Counted from the stretch's first letter, positions 40,871 through 51,144 are shown. The stretch is 64,000 nt of DNA from an uncultured delta proteobacterium (GCA_963806225.1 CAWDXG010000004.1:4960001-5024000); one strand, 5' to 3'. Program-made: numbers and translations. Notes: generated from the sequence alone by a model not told the origin.

Positions 40871-42493
40871 ATGAGATGGGCTTTCCTGCGTTTCGTGCTC
40901 CCGGTCGCAGCGCTAGCGCTGGGGCTCGCCTGCTCCTCGGGGCAGAACGGCGTGGCCAGCAACAACCACCACGGCAGCGGCGGAACCGGAGCCGGTGGGG
41001 CAGCGGGCGCAGGTGGGGCCACGGGCTGCGAGGGCGGTCCCCAGGCGATGTGCGGCGGAACGTGCGTTGATCTGACAAGCGACCCGGCCAACTGCGGGAC
41101 CTGCGGCAACGCCTGCGGTTCCGGGTCGAGCTGCTGCGATTCGGCGTGCGTCGAGGCCTCGTCCTGCTCATTCGCGGTGACCAGCCTGGATCCACCCGAC
41201 GGCTGGCAGAACGGTGGCGACTGGGTGCTGCTGCACGGCAATGGCTTTGCCGACGGCATCAAGGTCTTCATCGGCGCCGGACGGGCTCCGGTGCTGGTGC
41301 TCGATCCGCACACCGCCCGCATCCAGACTCCGCCTGGGCCGAAGGGCGATAGCGATCTGCGCATCGAGCTCGGTGGCAGCACCGCGACGCTCAAGAATGG
41401 CTTCCACTACTCCAGCGGCGGGCTGAAGCAGCCGTGGCAACAGAAGCCGATGCAGAAGGTGCGGGGGGAGGATCCGGCCGTCGCCGTGCTGCAGGACGGC
41501 CGCGTGCTGATCGCCGGCGGCACGACCGTGCCGGACTCGACCGCCGACGCGCTCGACACGGCCGAGATCTTCGATCGCCAGACCGAGGTCGTGACGCCGG
41601 CGAAGGGCACGATGAGCACGCCGCGCTGGCAGGACACCGCCGTCACGCTGCTCGACGGCCGCGTGCTCGTCGTCGGCGGCGCGTGCCACTCCGACATGAC
41701 CCAGTGCAACGGCGATGCGACGACAGCCGACCTGTTCGATCCGAAGACGGACACGTTCACGCCTACCGCGAGCAAGCTGAACGTGGCGCGCGCCTATCCC
41801 CGTGCTGTTTTGCTGCCGGACGGCCGCGTCTTCATCGCGAGCGCGAACGACCCGAGCGTGGAGATCTACGACCCGAAGACCGACAGCTTCACCAAGATCG
41901 ACCACGCGCAGGCGCATGTGTTCGGCTTCCTGGTGCGCCTGAAGGATGGTCGCGTGCTGATCGGCGGTGGCAACGGCAGCGAGACACACGCGGAGCTCTT
42001 CGACCCGGACACGGACACGTTCAGCGACACCGGCTCGCTCCAGCAGGGGCGCGCCATGCTGACGGCCCACACGCTGCCCGACGGCCGCGTGATCGTGATC
42101 GGCGGTTCCAGCGTGTCGGCGGGCGCCATCGATACGCCGCTCGCGTCGATGGAAGCCTACGACCCGACGACCGGCACGTTCAGCACGCTGCCCTACGCGC
42201 TCGGCACGCCGCGCACCTGGCACGCCAGCGCGCTGGTGCGCGATGGGACGATCATCGTGGCGGGCGGCTACACGGTCAAAGGCCAGTGCGATTCTCTCTC
42301 CGACACGGTGGATCAGGTGGACCCCGTCGCCGGCACGGTCACGCCGTTCGCCACGCTGCCGAACAAGAACACCGAGTGGAACGCCGTCACGCTGCTCGAC
42401 GGATCCATCATCGGCGTCGGCGGCGGGGCCTGCGGCACGGCCACGGCGCTGCCGGATCTCGACTTTTTGCCCGGCGATCCGACGCCGCAGTAG
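40871..42493 (+). CDS. Lipoprotein: Gly linker, Cys-rich (DPANCGTCGNAC) module, IPT/TIG domain and Kelch repeats
   Basis: LGLAC lipobox; G..GG.WV.L.G.GF; repeated L.DGRVL..GG...E.FDP. Confidence 0.88.
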   Translation: MRWAFLRFVLPVAALALGLACSSGQNGVASNNHHGSGGTGAGGAAGAGGATGCEGGPQAMCGGTCVDLTSDPANCGTCGNACGSGSSCCDSACVEASSCSFAVTSLDPPDGWQNGGDWVLLHGNGFADGIKVFIGAGRAPVLVLDPHTARIQTPPGPKGDSDLRIELGGSTATLKNGFHYSSGGLKQPWQQKPMQKVRGEDPAVAVLQDGRVLIAGGTTVPDSTADALDTAEIFDRQTEVVTPAKGTMSTPRWQDTAVTLLDGRVLVVGGACHSDMTQCNGDATTADLFDPKTDTFTPTASKLNVARAYPRAVLLPDGRVFIASANDPSVEIYDPKTDSFTKIDHAQAHVFGFLVRLKDGRVLIGGGNGSETHAELFDPDTDTFSDTGSLQQGRAMLTAHTLPDGRVIVIGGSSVSAGAIDTPLASMEAYDPTTGTFSTLPYALGTPRTWHASALVRDGTIIVAGGYTVKGQCDSLSDTVDQVDPVAGTVTPFATLPNKNTEWNAVTLLDGSIIGVGGGACGTATALPDLDFLPGDPTPQ

Positions 42494-42529
42494 CCGCGCG
42501 CCCACGCGGAGCGGAGGCCGACCGTGTTT

Positions 42530-44185
42530 ATGAAGCCGAGCCTGCCGCCGTACGATCCGCTCGAGTGGGAAAAGAAGCCGTTTGCCGAGCGCGCCCGCAT
42601 GGTGTGTCGCGCCTGGGCCGTGCAGGGCTACGGCACGCCGATCGCCGTGTACCTGCTGTATGCGTTCAAGGTCGCGCTGTACGTCGGCGGCTGGGTGCTG
42701 TTCTGCCGCACCACGCCGGGGATGGGGCGGCTCGCCGACATCGGCAGCTGGTGGCTCCGGCCCGAGGCGTTCGAGAAAGCCGTCGTCTGGAGCATGCTGT
42801 TCGAGATCCTGGGTCTTGGCTGCGGCAGCGGGCCGCTCACGGGCCGCTACGTCCCGCCCATCGGCGGCGCGCTGTACTTCCTGCGCCCGGGGACTACCAA
42901 GCTGCCCGTGTTCCGCGGCGCGCCGCTCGTCGGCGGCGAGCGGAGGACGTGGCTGGATGTCGCGCTGTATGCGGCGAACGCCGCGTTGGCGGTGGCGGTG
43001 CTGGTTTCACCGGAGCCGTCGCGCGCGCTCTTGATCGCGCTCGCCGTCCTCTTGCCGGTGCTCGGCGTGCTGGACAAGACGCTCTTCCTCGCGGCACGCG
43101 GCGAGCACTACTGGACCTTGATCCTGATCTTCGCGCTCACGGCGGATTTCATTCCAGGCGCCAAGGGCGTGCAGGCGGCGCTGTGGCTCTGGGCCGGGAT
43201 CTCGAAGCTGAACCACCATTTCCCCGCGGTGGTCGGTGTGATGACCAGCAACAGCCCCTTCGCGCGTTCCACGTGGCTGAAGAAGCACATGTACCGCCGC
43301 TATCCCGACGACCTGTCGCCCTCGCGGCTGGCGACGTGGATGGCGCACATGGGCACCGCCCTCGAGCTCGGCGTGCCGGTGCTGCTGCTCGCCGGGCGCG
43401 GCGGCGCGGTCACGCTGGCCGGTGTGATCGCCATGCTGATGCTGCACAGCTTCATCACCAGCAACGTGCCGATGGGGGTACCGATCGAGTGGAACGTGAT
43501 GGTCGTCTACAGCGGCTTGTTCCTGTTCTGGGGGCACGCCGCGGTGAGCCTTTCGTCGGTGACACTGCCGGTGGCGCTCGTGCTCGTCATCATGTGCTTC
43601 GCCGTGCCGCTCCTCGGCAACCTGTTTCCGGCGCGCGTGCCGTTCCTGCTCGCGATGCGCTACTACGCCGGCAACTGGGCCTACAGTGTCTGGCTCTTCC
43701 GCGGGCAGAGCCACGAGAAGCTCGAACGGCTGACGAAGAGCTCGCCGTGGATCTACGACCAGCTCGGCCTTCTCTACGATCGGAGCACGTCGGTCGGCGT
43801 CGTCGGCAAGGTGATCGCGTTCCGTCTCATGCACCTGCACGGCCGCGCACTGCCGGAGCTGGTCCCGAAGGCGGTGGAACGGCTCGAGGACTACGAGTGG
43901 CTCGACGGCGAAATCGTTGCCGGGCTCGTGCTCGGGTGGAATTTCGGCGACGGCCACCTGCACCGCGAGCAGCTGCTCGACGCGGTGCAGCACCAGTGTG
44001 GATTCGAGGAGGGCGAGCTCCGCACCATCATGCTGGAGTCGCAGCCGCTGTTCGGCTCCTCGTTGCACTACCGGATCCGTGACGCGTCGAGCGGGCTCAT
44101 CGACGAGGGCCACGTGCGGGTGGAAGACCTGCGGGCGCGGCAACCCTGGGGCGATTCCGCCGCGGCTGACGCCGAGCGACGTTGA
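42530..44185 (+). CDS. DUF3556-like polytopic membrane protein
   Basis: WAVQGYGTP, GCGSGPLTGRY, DKTLFLAARGEHY, SKLNHHFP, MRYYAGNW and GWNFGDGHLH motifs. Confidence 0.8.
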   Translation: MKPSLPPYDPLEWEKKPFAERARMVCRAWAVQGYGTPIAVYLLYAFKVALYVGGWVLFCRTTPGMGRLADIGSWWLRPEAFEKAVVWSMLFEILGLGCGSGPLTGRYVPPIGGALYFLRPGTTKLPVFRGAPLVGGERRTWLDVALYAANAALAVAVLVSPEPSRALLIALAVLLPVLGVLDKTLFLAARGEHYWTLILIFALTADFIPGAKGVQAALWLWAGISKLNHHFPAVVGVMTSNSPFARSTWLKKHMYRRYPDDLSPSRLATWMAHMGTALELGVPVLLLAGRGGAVTLAGVIAMLMLHSFITSNVPMGVPIEWNVMVVYSGLFLFWGHAAVSLSSVTLPVALVLVIMCFAVPLLGNLFPARVPFLLAMRYYAGNWAYSVWLFRGQSHEKLERLTKSSPWIYDQLGLLYDRSTSVGVVGKVIAFRLMHLHGRALPELVPKAVERLEDYEWLDGEIVAGLVLGWNFGDGHLHREQLLDAVQHQCGFEEGELRTIMLESQPLFGSSLHYRIRDASSGLIDEGHVRVEDLRARQPWGDSAAADAERR

Positions 44186-44276
44186 CTGCACATGAGCGGC
44201 GGCGGCAACGCGGAGACCGCCGGCGGCGCGGGCGCTCCGGGCGCCGCCGGCGAGTCCGGTGCGGACGCCCTGGACC

Positions 44277-45737
44277 TCAGGTCGCGGCGACGGTTGCCGT
44301 CGACGGCTTTGCGGCTGGCGGCACGCTTTCCGCGGCGGCGGGCTCGGGCACCGTGCCGCCGGAGGTGCCGGCGGGATAGCCCTCCAGGCCCATCTCGGGC
44401 ACGTCGAGGCCGGCCATTTCCGCGTCGCGGTCGACGCGGTTGCCGACCAGCTTGCCGATCACGGTCAGCGCGACCCAGGTCATGGCGCCGACGAACAGCA
44501 CGTTGACGACGATGCCGATGACCGACGCCGCGAGCTGTCCCGCGTCGCCGTAGAACAGGCCGCGCACGCCGCCGTCGACGCCGTTCAGACCGTTGCCGTA
44601 GCTGCCGTTGGCGAACAGGCCGACCGCGAGGATGCCCCAGGCGCCGTTCACGCCGTGCACCGCCACCGCGCCGACGGGGTCGTCGATCTTCATCTTCTGC
44701 TCGACGAAGACGGCCGCGATCACGACCAGCACGCCCGCGATGGATCCGATCAGGATCGACGCCGGGGCGCTCACGAAAGCGCAGGGCGCCGTGATCGCCA
44801 CGAGGCCGGCGAGCATGCCGTTGCACATCATGGTCACGTCCGGCTTGCCGAAGCGCTTCCAGACGTACACCGTCGCGCCGAGTGCGCCGGCGGCGGACGC
44901 GAGCATGGTGTTGGTGGCCACGATGGCGATGCGCGTGTCGGTGCCGGCCAGCGTGGAGCCGGCGTTGAAGCCGAACCAGCCGAACGCCAGGATGAACGTG
45001 CCGATCGTCACCATCGGGATGTTGTGTCCCGGGATGGGCTTGGCCGAGCCGTCCTTGCCGTACTTGCCGATGCGTGCGCCGATCATCTTCGCGCCCACCA
45101 GGGCGGCAACGCCGCCCGTCATGTGCACCACCGAGCTGCCGGCGAAGTCGACGTGCCCGTGACCGAGGTGGAAGTTTGCGCCCAGCTGCGAGAGCCAGCC
45201 GCCGCCCCAGACCCAGTTCGCGTACAGCGGGTAGATCAGCGTGGAGATCACCAGGCTGAACAGCACGAACGACATGATCTTCCAGCGCTCGGCCATCGCC
45301 CCGGTGGGAATGGTGGCCGTGGTGTCCATGAACACCATCTGGAACAGGAACAGCGCTGCTACCGCGGGCGTGTAGCTCGCTGCGGTGAGGAAGAAGCCCT
45401 GTGTGCCGAACAAGCCGAACTGGTGCCCGGCGATGCTGATGGCGAACTCGTGCGAGAGTGTCGCGTCTCCGCCGAAGCTTCCAAGCGCGCCCACGCCGCC
45501 CATCTGCAGCGCGAAGCCGACCGACCAGAATCCGATGATCCCGATCGAGTAGACGAGGAAGTTCATGCCCATGGTGTGGGCGACGTTCTTCGCGCGGGTG
45601 AGACCGGACTCCACCATGGCGAAGCCGGCCTGCATGAACATGACGAGGAATGCCGCGACCAGAGTCCACACGATGTTGAGTGCGGTCTGCGTGTCGGCGA
45701 TCTGTTTGGCGAATTCTGCTGCGTTCGGTGCGGTCAT
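44277..45737 (-). CDS. amtB: Ammonium transporter (Amt family)
   Basis: FMQAGFA, GAMAER, DFAGSSVVH, GWFGFNAGS and DDPVGAVAVHG motifs. Confidence 0.95.
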   Translation of the reverse strand: MTAPNAAEFAKQIADTQTALNIVWTLVAAFLVMFMQAGFAMVESGLTRAKNVAHTMGMNFLVYSIGIIGFWSVGFALQMGGVGALGSFGGDATLSHEFAISIAGHQFGLFGTQGFFLTAASYTPAVAALFLFQMVFMDTTATIPTGAMAERWKIMSFVLFSLVISTLIYPLYANWVWGGGWLSQLGANFHLGHGHVDFAGSSVVHMTGGVAALVGAKMIGARIGKYGKDGSAKPIPGHNIPMVTIGTFILAFGWFGFNAGSTLAGTDTRIAIVATNTMLASAAGALGATVYVWKRFGKPDVTMMCNGMLAGLVAITAPCAFVSAPASILIGSIAGVLVVIAAVFVEQKMKIDDPVGAVAVHGVNGAWGILAVGLFANGSYGNGLNGVDGGVRGLFYGDAGQLAASVIGIVVNVLFVGAMTWVALTVIGKLVGNRVDRDAEMAGLDVPEMGLEGYPAGTSGGTVPEPAAAESVPPAAKPSTATVAAT

Positions 45738-45858
45738 AGGGAGCCCGGCTCCTTTTCTGCTTGTTCCTGCAGTGGAGCTTCCCGGAGCCAGGTTTCAGCC
45801 AGATTTCGGGCAGGATTCGGCTGGCGGCAGCGCGGCAGATAGCGTCCCTGCCCGGGAG

Positions 45859-46747
45859 TCAGCCCGCGCGCGTCACCACGACGGGGACGTCCGAATGGCG
45901 CAACAGGCGCTGGGCGACGGAGCCGAGCACGCCGGCGCGCCCGCGCGGCGTGCGCCGCCCCACGAGCACGGCGTCGCATTCCTGCCCGGTGATCCGCTCG
46001 AGTAGCTCGTTGGCCGCGTCGCCCCGGGTCTGCTGCGCCGATGCCTCGAAGCCCTCCCCTTCCAGTCGCTCGGCGGTTTGCTCCATGCCGTCGCGCAGGG
46101 CCGCGCGCGTGCTCTTGAGCGCGTCGGCGATGAAGTCCGGCCAGGGCAGCCCCCGCTCTCCGGGTTCGAACGCGTGGAAGAGCTCGATGTGCGCGCCGGG
46201 CGCCGCCAATGCGCGGGCCCAGCTCACCATCTCGTCGTCGACGCCGGCGACCGGTACGGCGACGAGCAGCCGCCGGAACGCGCCGTCGCGGGGCAGGGCG
46301 AGGTCCTTGCGCTGGCGGGCGACCAGCACCGGGCACGCAGCGTTTGCTGCAACGTCGGACGTTACGCTGCCGAGCAGGAAATGTGTGGAGGTGCCGACTC
46401 CGTGCGGCGCCATGACCACCAGGTCGTCGCCGTGCTCCGCTATGTAACCGGCGATCGCGATGGCAACGTCGTCGCGCGCCAGCGCGGTATCGATGCGTCC
46501 GCCGCCGAGCTCCTGCACCACCCCGTCGAGCCGCTGCTGCACGACTCTCGACCGGTCCTCTACATACTTGGCCCAGAACGTCCGCGGCGACGCGCTCCGC
46601 CATGCGCTCGCTGAACGCCGGCAGTCGATCGACGTGGAACAGCGTGAGCGATGCCCCGTAGCGCTCCGCAAGGGCGAGGCCGAAGCGCGCGGCGAGCATC
46701 GAGTCGCTGGAGAAGTCCACGGGGGCGAGGATGTGTCGTGGCTGCAT
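45859..46747 (-). CDS. Tandem universal stress protein; frameshifted near 46578
   Basis: ILAPVDFS; DLVVM..G...LLGSV..V...ACPVLV; LGSVAQRLLRHSDVPVVV; one extra base. Confidence 0.85.
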
Positions 46748-46878
46748 GCCCGGAGTCGATGCAGGATCCGCGCCCGAGGGAGGCGCCGCTCCGCCGCTCG
46801 ATCGCGGCAGAAGGCCGCTTCCACCGGCGCAAAAGCTGCGTTTGTTGCGCCTGGCCGGCCGCATGCGACAGTCGGCCC

Positions 46879-47403
46879 ATGTCGCGCAGGCCCGACGAGA
46901 TGGAAGCGCCCGAGGACGACGACTTCCGCTCGCGCACCGAGGAGCGGCGTGCGAGGAAGACGCGCGAAGAGGCGTTGGCGCGGCTGGCGAGGGAGCTCGT
47001 CGAGCTCCGCGATCGGCATCTCGAACAGCTCGGTCTGGTGGAAGAGACGCTGGACGCGATCCGCGAAGCCCGCGCCATCCGGAGTCACATCGCGCGGAAC
47101 CGTCAGCTGCGCGTCGTCCGCAGTGCGCTGCGCGACGCGGAGTGGCCCGCGATTCGCGTCAGGCTCGACAGCCTGCTCGAGCACGGCGCGCTGCCTGCTG
47201 ACGCGGGCGCAGAACGAGAATGGGTCGTGCGACTGGTCGGGGGCGGCTCGCACGAGCTCGAGGCGTTCCTAGGCGAACACCCCCACGCCGACCGCCGACA
47301 TCTGCGCCAGCTGATCCGCAACGCACAGGCCAGTGCGCCCGTGCGCCGCAAGCGCGCCGAGGACAAGCTGGCCGCGGCGCTGCGTTCGCTGATGACGCGC
47401 TAG
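46879..47403 (+). CDS. darP: Ribosome-associated DarP/YjgA (DUF615) protein
   Basis: SRT..R, LARELVEL, IRSHIARNRQL and HPHADRRHLRQLIRNA motifs. Confidence 0.8.
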   Translation: MSRRPDEMEAPEDDDFRSRTEERRARKTREEALARLARELVELRDRHLEQLGLVEETLDAIREARAIRSHIARNRQLRVVRSALRDAEWPAIRVRLDSLLEHGALPADAGAEREWVVRLVGGGSHELEAFLGEHPHADRRHLRQLIRNAQASAPVRRKRAEDKLAAALRSLMTR

Positions 47404-47443
47404 GCCGCCGGGGGCGAGGGATGGGTTGACTCTCGCGTCGAAT

Positions 47444-47469
47444 GCAGTTCCCATCGGCATGGGAACTGC
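47444..47469. promoter_or_regulatory. Perfect 11-bp inverted repeat just upstream of a small ORF
   Basis: GCAGTTCCCAT-CGGC-ATGGGAACTGC. Confidence 0.6.
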
Positions 47470-47472
47470 CGC

Positions 47473-47592
47473 ATGGACCAGATCACCGCCCTTTTCGAGC
47501 AGCACACGACAATCGCCTACGCGGTGCTCGCGCTGGTCGTCTTCGGGATTTCGTACAGCATCAGGTTCGTCGTGGAGAGCCGCAGGAAGTGA
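47473..47592 (+). CDS. 39-aa single-pass membrane peptide (not in the ORF track)
   Basis: MDQITALFEQHTTIAYAVLALVVFGISYSIRFVVESRRK; 36 of 39 codons end in G/C; hydrophobic helix and basic tail. Confidence 0.65.
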   Translation: MDQITALFEQHTTIAYAVLALVVFGISYSIRFVVESRRK

Positions 47593-47620
47593 CGCCCGGG
47601 CGGCGCGGCGCGCAGACGCG

Positions 47621-48925
47621 CTAGTTGCCGACCGCTCCCACCCAGACGTTGTCCTTGCCGTTGAGCTTCGAGCGCAGCACGAAGCCCTCGCCGTTCAGCT
47701 TCGGGTTCACGCCCAGCACCTTGATCGTCAGGTGGAGGATGTCGCCGTTCGTGCCGGATTTCTTGTCCAGCGACAGCTGGAGATCCGGCGACCCGTTGTT
47801 GACGACCACGTTGAAGTCCTGCGCCGTCACGTTCCAGGGGCCACTGGTGGGTGCGTCACTGAACAGGTGCACGTCGATCGTCTTGCTGCTGCCGACCGGG
47901 ATCTTCACGCCCTTGGTGGTCACGGTGTTGCCGAGGCCGTCGTTGATGACGAACGAGTCGGTCAGCACCGGCGCGGCGTTGAAGTAGGGCTCGAAGTTGG
48001 CTGCGGGGACGCAGGGGTTCATCCCCGCCTGCGCCGCCTTGTTCGACCAGCTTCGCTGTACGGTGTACGCCAGGCCGGGCAGGACGATGTTTGCGTCGTT
48101 GTTGAGCGTGCACAGATCCGTGGCTTCGCCGTCCGTTGCAGCCGTCCAGATCACATGATCATCGTCGGGCTGGAGGTAGGCGGGGTTGCTCTGCACGTAC
48201 GGATCGGTCGTCGCCTCGATCAGCTCGTGGCTGATCGTGACCGTCACGTCGTCCAGGCCTGTCGGCGACGGGCCTGGGCACGTACACGCGACCGCAAACG
48301 GGACCGTCACGCCGTCGACGATGTCCTCGCTGTGGTAGCCGGAGTAGCTGTTGCAGCAGTCGCCGCCGCTGGTGGCAGGGAAGGTGACCACGTAGATCGT
48401 GTTCGGGTCCGGCGCGCCCCAGTCCGGATTCGCGCCCGACAGGTGCTGTGCGAACAGGGCCGGAATCACCGTGTCGTCGACCGCGGCGGGCGCCTGGACG
48501 CCGAGGTGCACCGGCGGCGACGCGACTAGCGGTCCCACGCCGTATTCCTTGGTGGTGGCGCTCCAGTACGGCGTGGCGCCAATCTGGCTGACCAGCGTGT
48601 CGATGTCGGACGCGTTCGCATCGCCCTGGTAGGTGATGGACACGACTTTGGGCTTGGCCAGCACCGGCCCGCCGAGGTCCACGAGCTGTGGTGCCGGGTC
48701 GTGGGGTGCCGCGGTGGAGCCGCCGCTGCCTCCTGCACCTCCACCCCCGACGCCGCCTGCGCCTCCGCCGCCTAGACCGCCGCCGCCTCCCAATCCCGCG
48801 GCGCCGGCTACTCCCGCGCCTCCGCCTGCCCCTCCAGTACCCGTCCCCTTGGAGCTGGTGGAGCTGCTGCACGCGACCAGCCCGACTGTGGATATGACGA
48901 ATGCGCTCAAGAGTGAAGTTTTCAC
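47621..48925 (-). CDS. Gly-linker lipoprotein with HExxE (HELIEATTDP) Phi-1-like domain
   Basis: GLVAC lipobox after GTG 48925; GGPVL, YSGYH, SHELIEATTDP and VQRSWSN motifs. Confidence 0.75.
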   Translation of the reverse strand: MKTSLLSAFVISTVGLVACSSSTSSKGTGTGGAGGGAGVAGAAGLGGGGGLGGGGAGGVGGGGAGGSGGSTAAPHDPAPQLVDLGGPVLAKPKVVSITYQGDANASDIDTLVSQIGATPYWSATTKEYGVGPLVASPPVHLGVQAPAAVDDTVIPALFAQHLSGANPDWGAPDPNTIYVVTFPATSGGDCCNSYSGYHSEDIVDGVTVPFAVACTCPGPSPTGLDDVTVTISHELIEATTDPYVQSNPAYLQPDDDHVIWTAATDGEATDLCTLNNDANIVLPGLAYTVQRSWSNKAAQAGMNPCVPAANFEPYFNAAPVLTDSFVINDGLGNTVTTKGVKIPVGSSKTIDVHLFSDAPTSGPWNVTAQDFNVVVNNGSPDLQLSLDKKSGTNGDILHLTIKVLGVNPKLNGEGFVLRSKLNGKDNVWVGAVGN

Positions 48926-49063
48926 TGCGTGGACGCTAGCAGAAGCTCCGTTCCCCTCAAAGCGCAGACGCGCCGCGCGTTGCGCTTGGTAATTCTGTAG
49001 GATTGGTCGACGCGACGACGCGTCGCTTTCGAGTCGCGTGCGGGCGTGCCAAGTTCCGGCCCC

Positions 49064-49870
49064 ATGGGTTTTCGTTCCGTTGGCCACGTGTACTCCGACT
49101 TCGAGCTCCGCGAGCTCACACTGCTGGGGGAGACGCGCCCCGTGTTCGTGAAGGGCGAAGGACCGGCGGTGGTGGTGATGCACGAAGCGCCGGGGCTGTA
49201 TCCGGAGGTGGCGGACTTCGGGCGGCGCGTCGTCGACGTGGGCTTTTCGGTGTACATGCCGTCGCTGGTCGGCGCGCCGGGGAGGCCCATCGGGCTCGGC
49301 TATGCGCTGTCGACGCTGGCGCGTGCCTGCGTGATGCGCGAGTTCACGGTCTGGGCGACGCGGCAGAACAGCCCGGTGACGGCGTGGCTCCGCGAGCTGG
49401 CACGGCTGGCGCACGAGGAGTGCGGCGGCCCTGGCGTCGGTGCCGTCGGCATGTGCCTCACCGGCGGATTCGCGCTGGCGATGATGGCGGACGAGCGCAT
49501 GTTGGCGCCGGTGTTGAGCCAGCCGTCGCTGCCTTTCGCCTTGCTCCCCGCCCAGAAGCGCGACCTCGGCGTCGACGACGCGACCCTGGCGCGCGTCAAG
49601 GAGCGTGCGGCGGATGGGGCGTGCCTGCTCGGCCTGCGCTTCAGCCACGACCGGCTCGTCCCCGCCGAGCGCTTCCAGCGGCTGCGCGACGAGCTCGGCG
49701 GCGCGTTCATGGCTGTGGAGATCGACTCGGGTCCCGGCAACCCGCACCGCATCCGGCGCACGGCGCACTCCGTGCTCGTGTACGACCTGGTGGACGAGCC
49801 CAGCCACCCGACGCGCGAGGCGCTGGACCGCGTGCTCGCGTTCTTCCGCGAGCGGCTCCGCGCAAAGTGA
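49064..49870 (+). CDS. Dienelactone hydrolase family
   Basis: VVVMHE.PG, GAVGMCLTGG and HSVL motifs. Confidence 0.88.
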   Translation: MGFRSVGHVYSDFELRELTLLGETRPVFVKGEGPAVVVMHEAPGLYPEVADFGRRVVDVGFSVYMPSLVGAPGRPIGLGYALSTLARACVMREFTVWATRQNSPVTAWLRELARLAHEECGGPGVGAVGMCLTGGFALAMMADERMLAPVLSQPSLPFALLPAQKRDLGVDDATLARVKERAADGACLLGLRFSHDRLVPAERFQRLRDELGGAFMAVEIDSGPGNPHRIRRTAHSVLVYDLVDEPSHPTREALDRVLAFFRERLRAK

Positions 49871-49872
49871 GC

Positions 49873-51075
49873 TCAGAACACGCTCTTGTCGAGCACGCGC
49901 AGCCGTCCCCACGGGATGCCGTCCGTCGGGCCCCGCGTGAGTCCGTCGCTCGGCGAGTCCTGGGCGCGGATGATGTACGAGAAGCTGCCGTAGAGCTCCG
50001 AGCCGACGATGGAGTCGAAACCCGCGGTGGTCTCGTTTTCCATGTAGAAGATGAGTCCGCCCGGGGACGTGCCGTCGAGCATGATCATCCCGTACTGCTG
50101 CAGCGCGCGGCAGAAAGTCCTGAGGAAGCGGGTCTCGCTGCTGGTGTCGGCCTTGCCCGGGACGGTGCGCGTGGAACAGTCGAGCGTTGGATCGAGCTCT
50201 AGCCGCATGCCCATGTCCATGCGTTCGTTCGCCGGGGCCAGGCTGCCGGTGCAGTTCTTCGGCTGGTCGGTCTTCACGGCCGGGGCGCGGTACGTGCTGC
50301 TGCTGTCGCACGAGCTGTACGCAAAGCGGATCGCGTGCTGGATCTTCCCGTCCTTGACCTCGGCTGCCCGGATCAGCCCCGCCAGATACGAGAGTCCCGA
50401 GCCCGTCCCGGCGCCGGAAAACGGAACCGAGACGCTCTTCGTTCCGTCCGGGTTCAGGATGGCGCCGTCGTTGTTGTAGTGGAACAGCCCGCCGCCGTTG
50501 CCGCTCAGCGTGTGCGCCGTCGCATCCACTGACGCCTGCCACAGCCGGAGCTCGGTGAACTTGCCGTAGTCGGGGTTGTCCGGATCGAGCACGATCATCG
50601 GATAGTCCGAGCCCTCGCCGGGCACGGCGTCGGCCGGTACGCGGAACTGGACGGTGCCGGGCAGGTAGTTGGCGTTCACCGTGTACACGGTGTCCGACGG
50701 CGACGTCGTGTACACCGTTGGCACCTCGCCGTGGTTGCTGAGGTTCACCTTGTGGGCGGTGAGGTTCGACTCCAGCCGCGAGACGATGGCCGCGCTGCGC
50801 GGATCGTCGGCGATGCCCGGCGGGATCGGGACGTTGATCGCGAACGTGGGATCGTAGGGCGGCCTCACCCCGCCGCCTGCCGCGCCGCCGGTGCCGGACG
50901 TGCCCGCCGTGCCCGCTGTGCCGGACGCGCCCGCTGTACCGGCCGTGCCCGCTGTGCCGGCCGTGCCGCCAGCTCCGCCGCTCGTGCTTCCGCCGCTTCC
51001 CGCCGCGCCGTTCGATGAACCGCCGCCGCACGCGGTCGACAACAGCACGGCGGCGAGGAGGAAGGAGGCGCGCAT
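49873..51075 (-). CDS. Gly-linker lipoprotein, hypothetical
   Basis: LSTAC lipobox; GSGLSYLAGLIR..E...G.I.HAIRF and ALQQYGMI.LD motifs. Confidence 0.78.
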   Translation of the reverse strand: MRASFLLAAVLLSTACGGGSSNGAAGSGGSTSGGAGGTAGTAGTAGTAGASGTAGTAGTSGTGGAAGGGVRPPYDPTFAINVPIPPGIADDPRSAAIVSRLESNLTAHKVNLSNHGEVPTVYTTSPSDTVYTVNANYLPGTVQFRVPADAVPGEGSDYPMIVLDPDNPDYGKFTELRLWQASVDATAHTLSGNGGGLFHYNNDGAILNPDGTKSVSVPFSGAGTGSGLSYLAGLIRAAEVKDGKIQHAIRFAYSSCDSSSTYRAPAVKTDQPKNCTGSLAPANERMDMGMRLELDPTLDCSTRTVPGKADTSSETRFLRTFCRALQQYGMIMLDGTSPGGLIFYMENETTAGFDSIVGSELYGSFSYIIRAQDSPSDGLTRGPTDGIPWGRLRVLDKSVF

Positions 51076-51144
51076 GCTCCGCATTATCCCACGCGGAACC
51101 GGCTCTGGAAATGCGACTGGAAGCAGGACGTGTGGCAGTCCGAC

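Noticed and set aside
38498..42493. 1331-aa ORF as one giant protein
   Set aside because: A frameshift near 39966 carries the frame through non-coding-like sequence into a separate lipoprotein gene starting at 40871.
49030..49052. Sigma54 promoter TTGGCACG on the minus strand
   Set aside because: The GC lies 11 nt, not 10 nt, from the GG, and there is no TTGC-like -12 box.
47621..51031. 1136-aa minus-strand ORF
   Set aside because: Only 47621-48925 looks coding; the rest is a stop-free shadow over two other genes.
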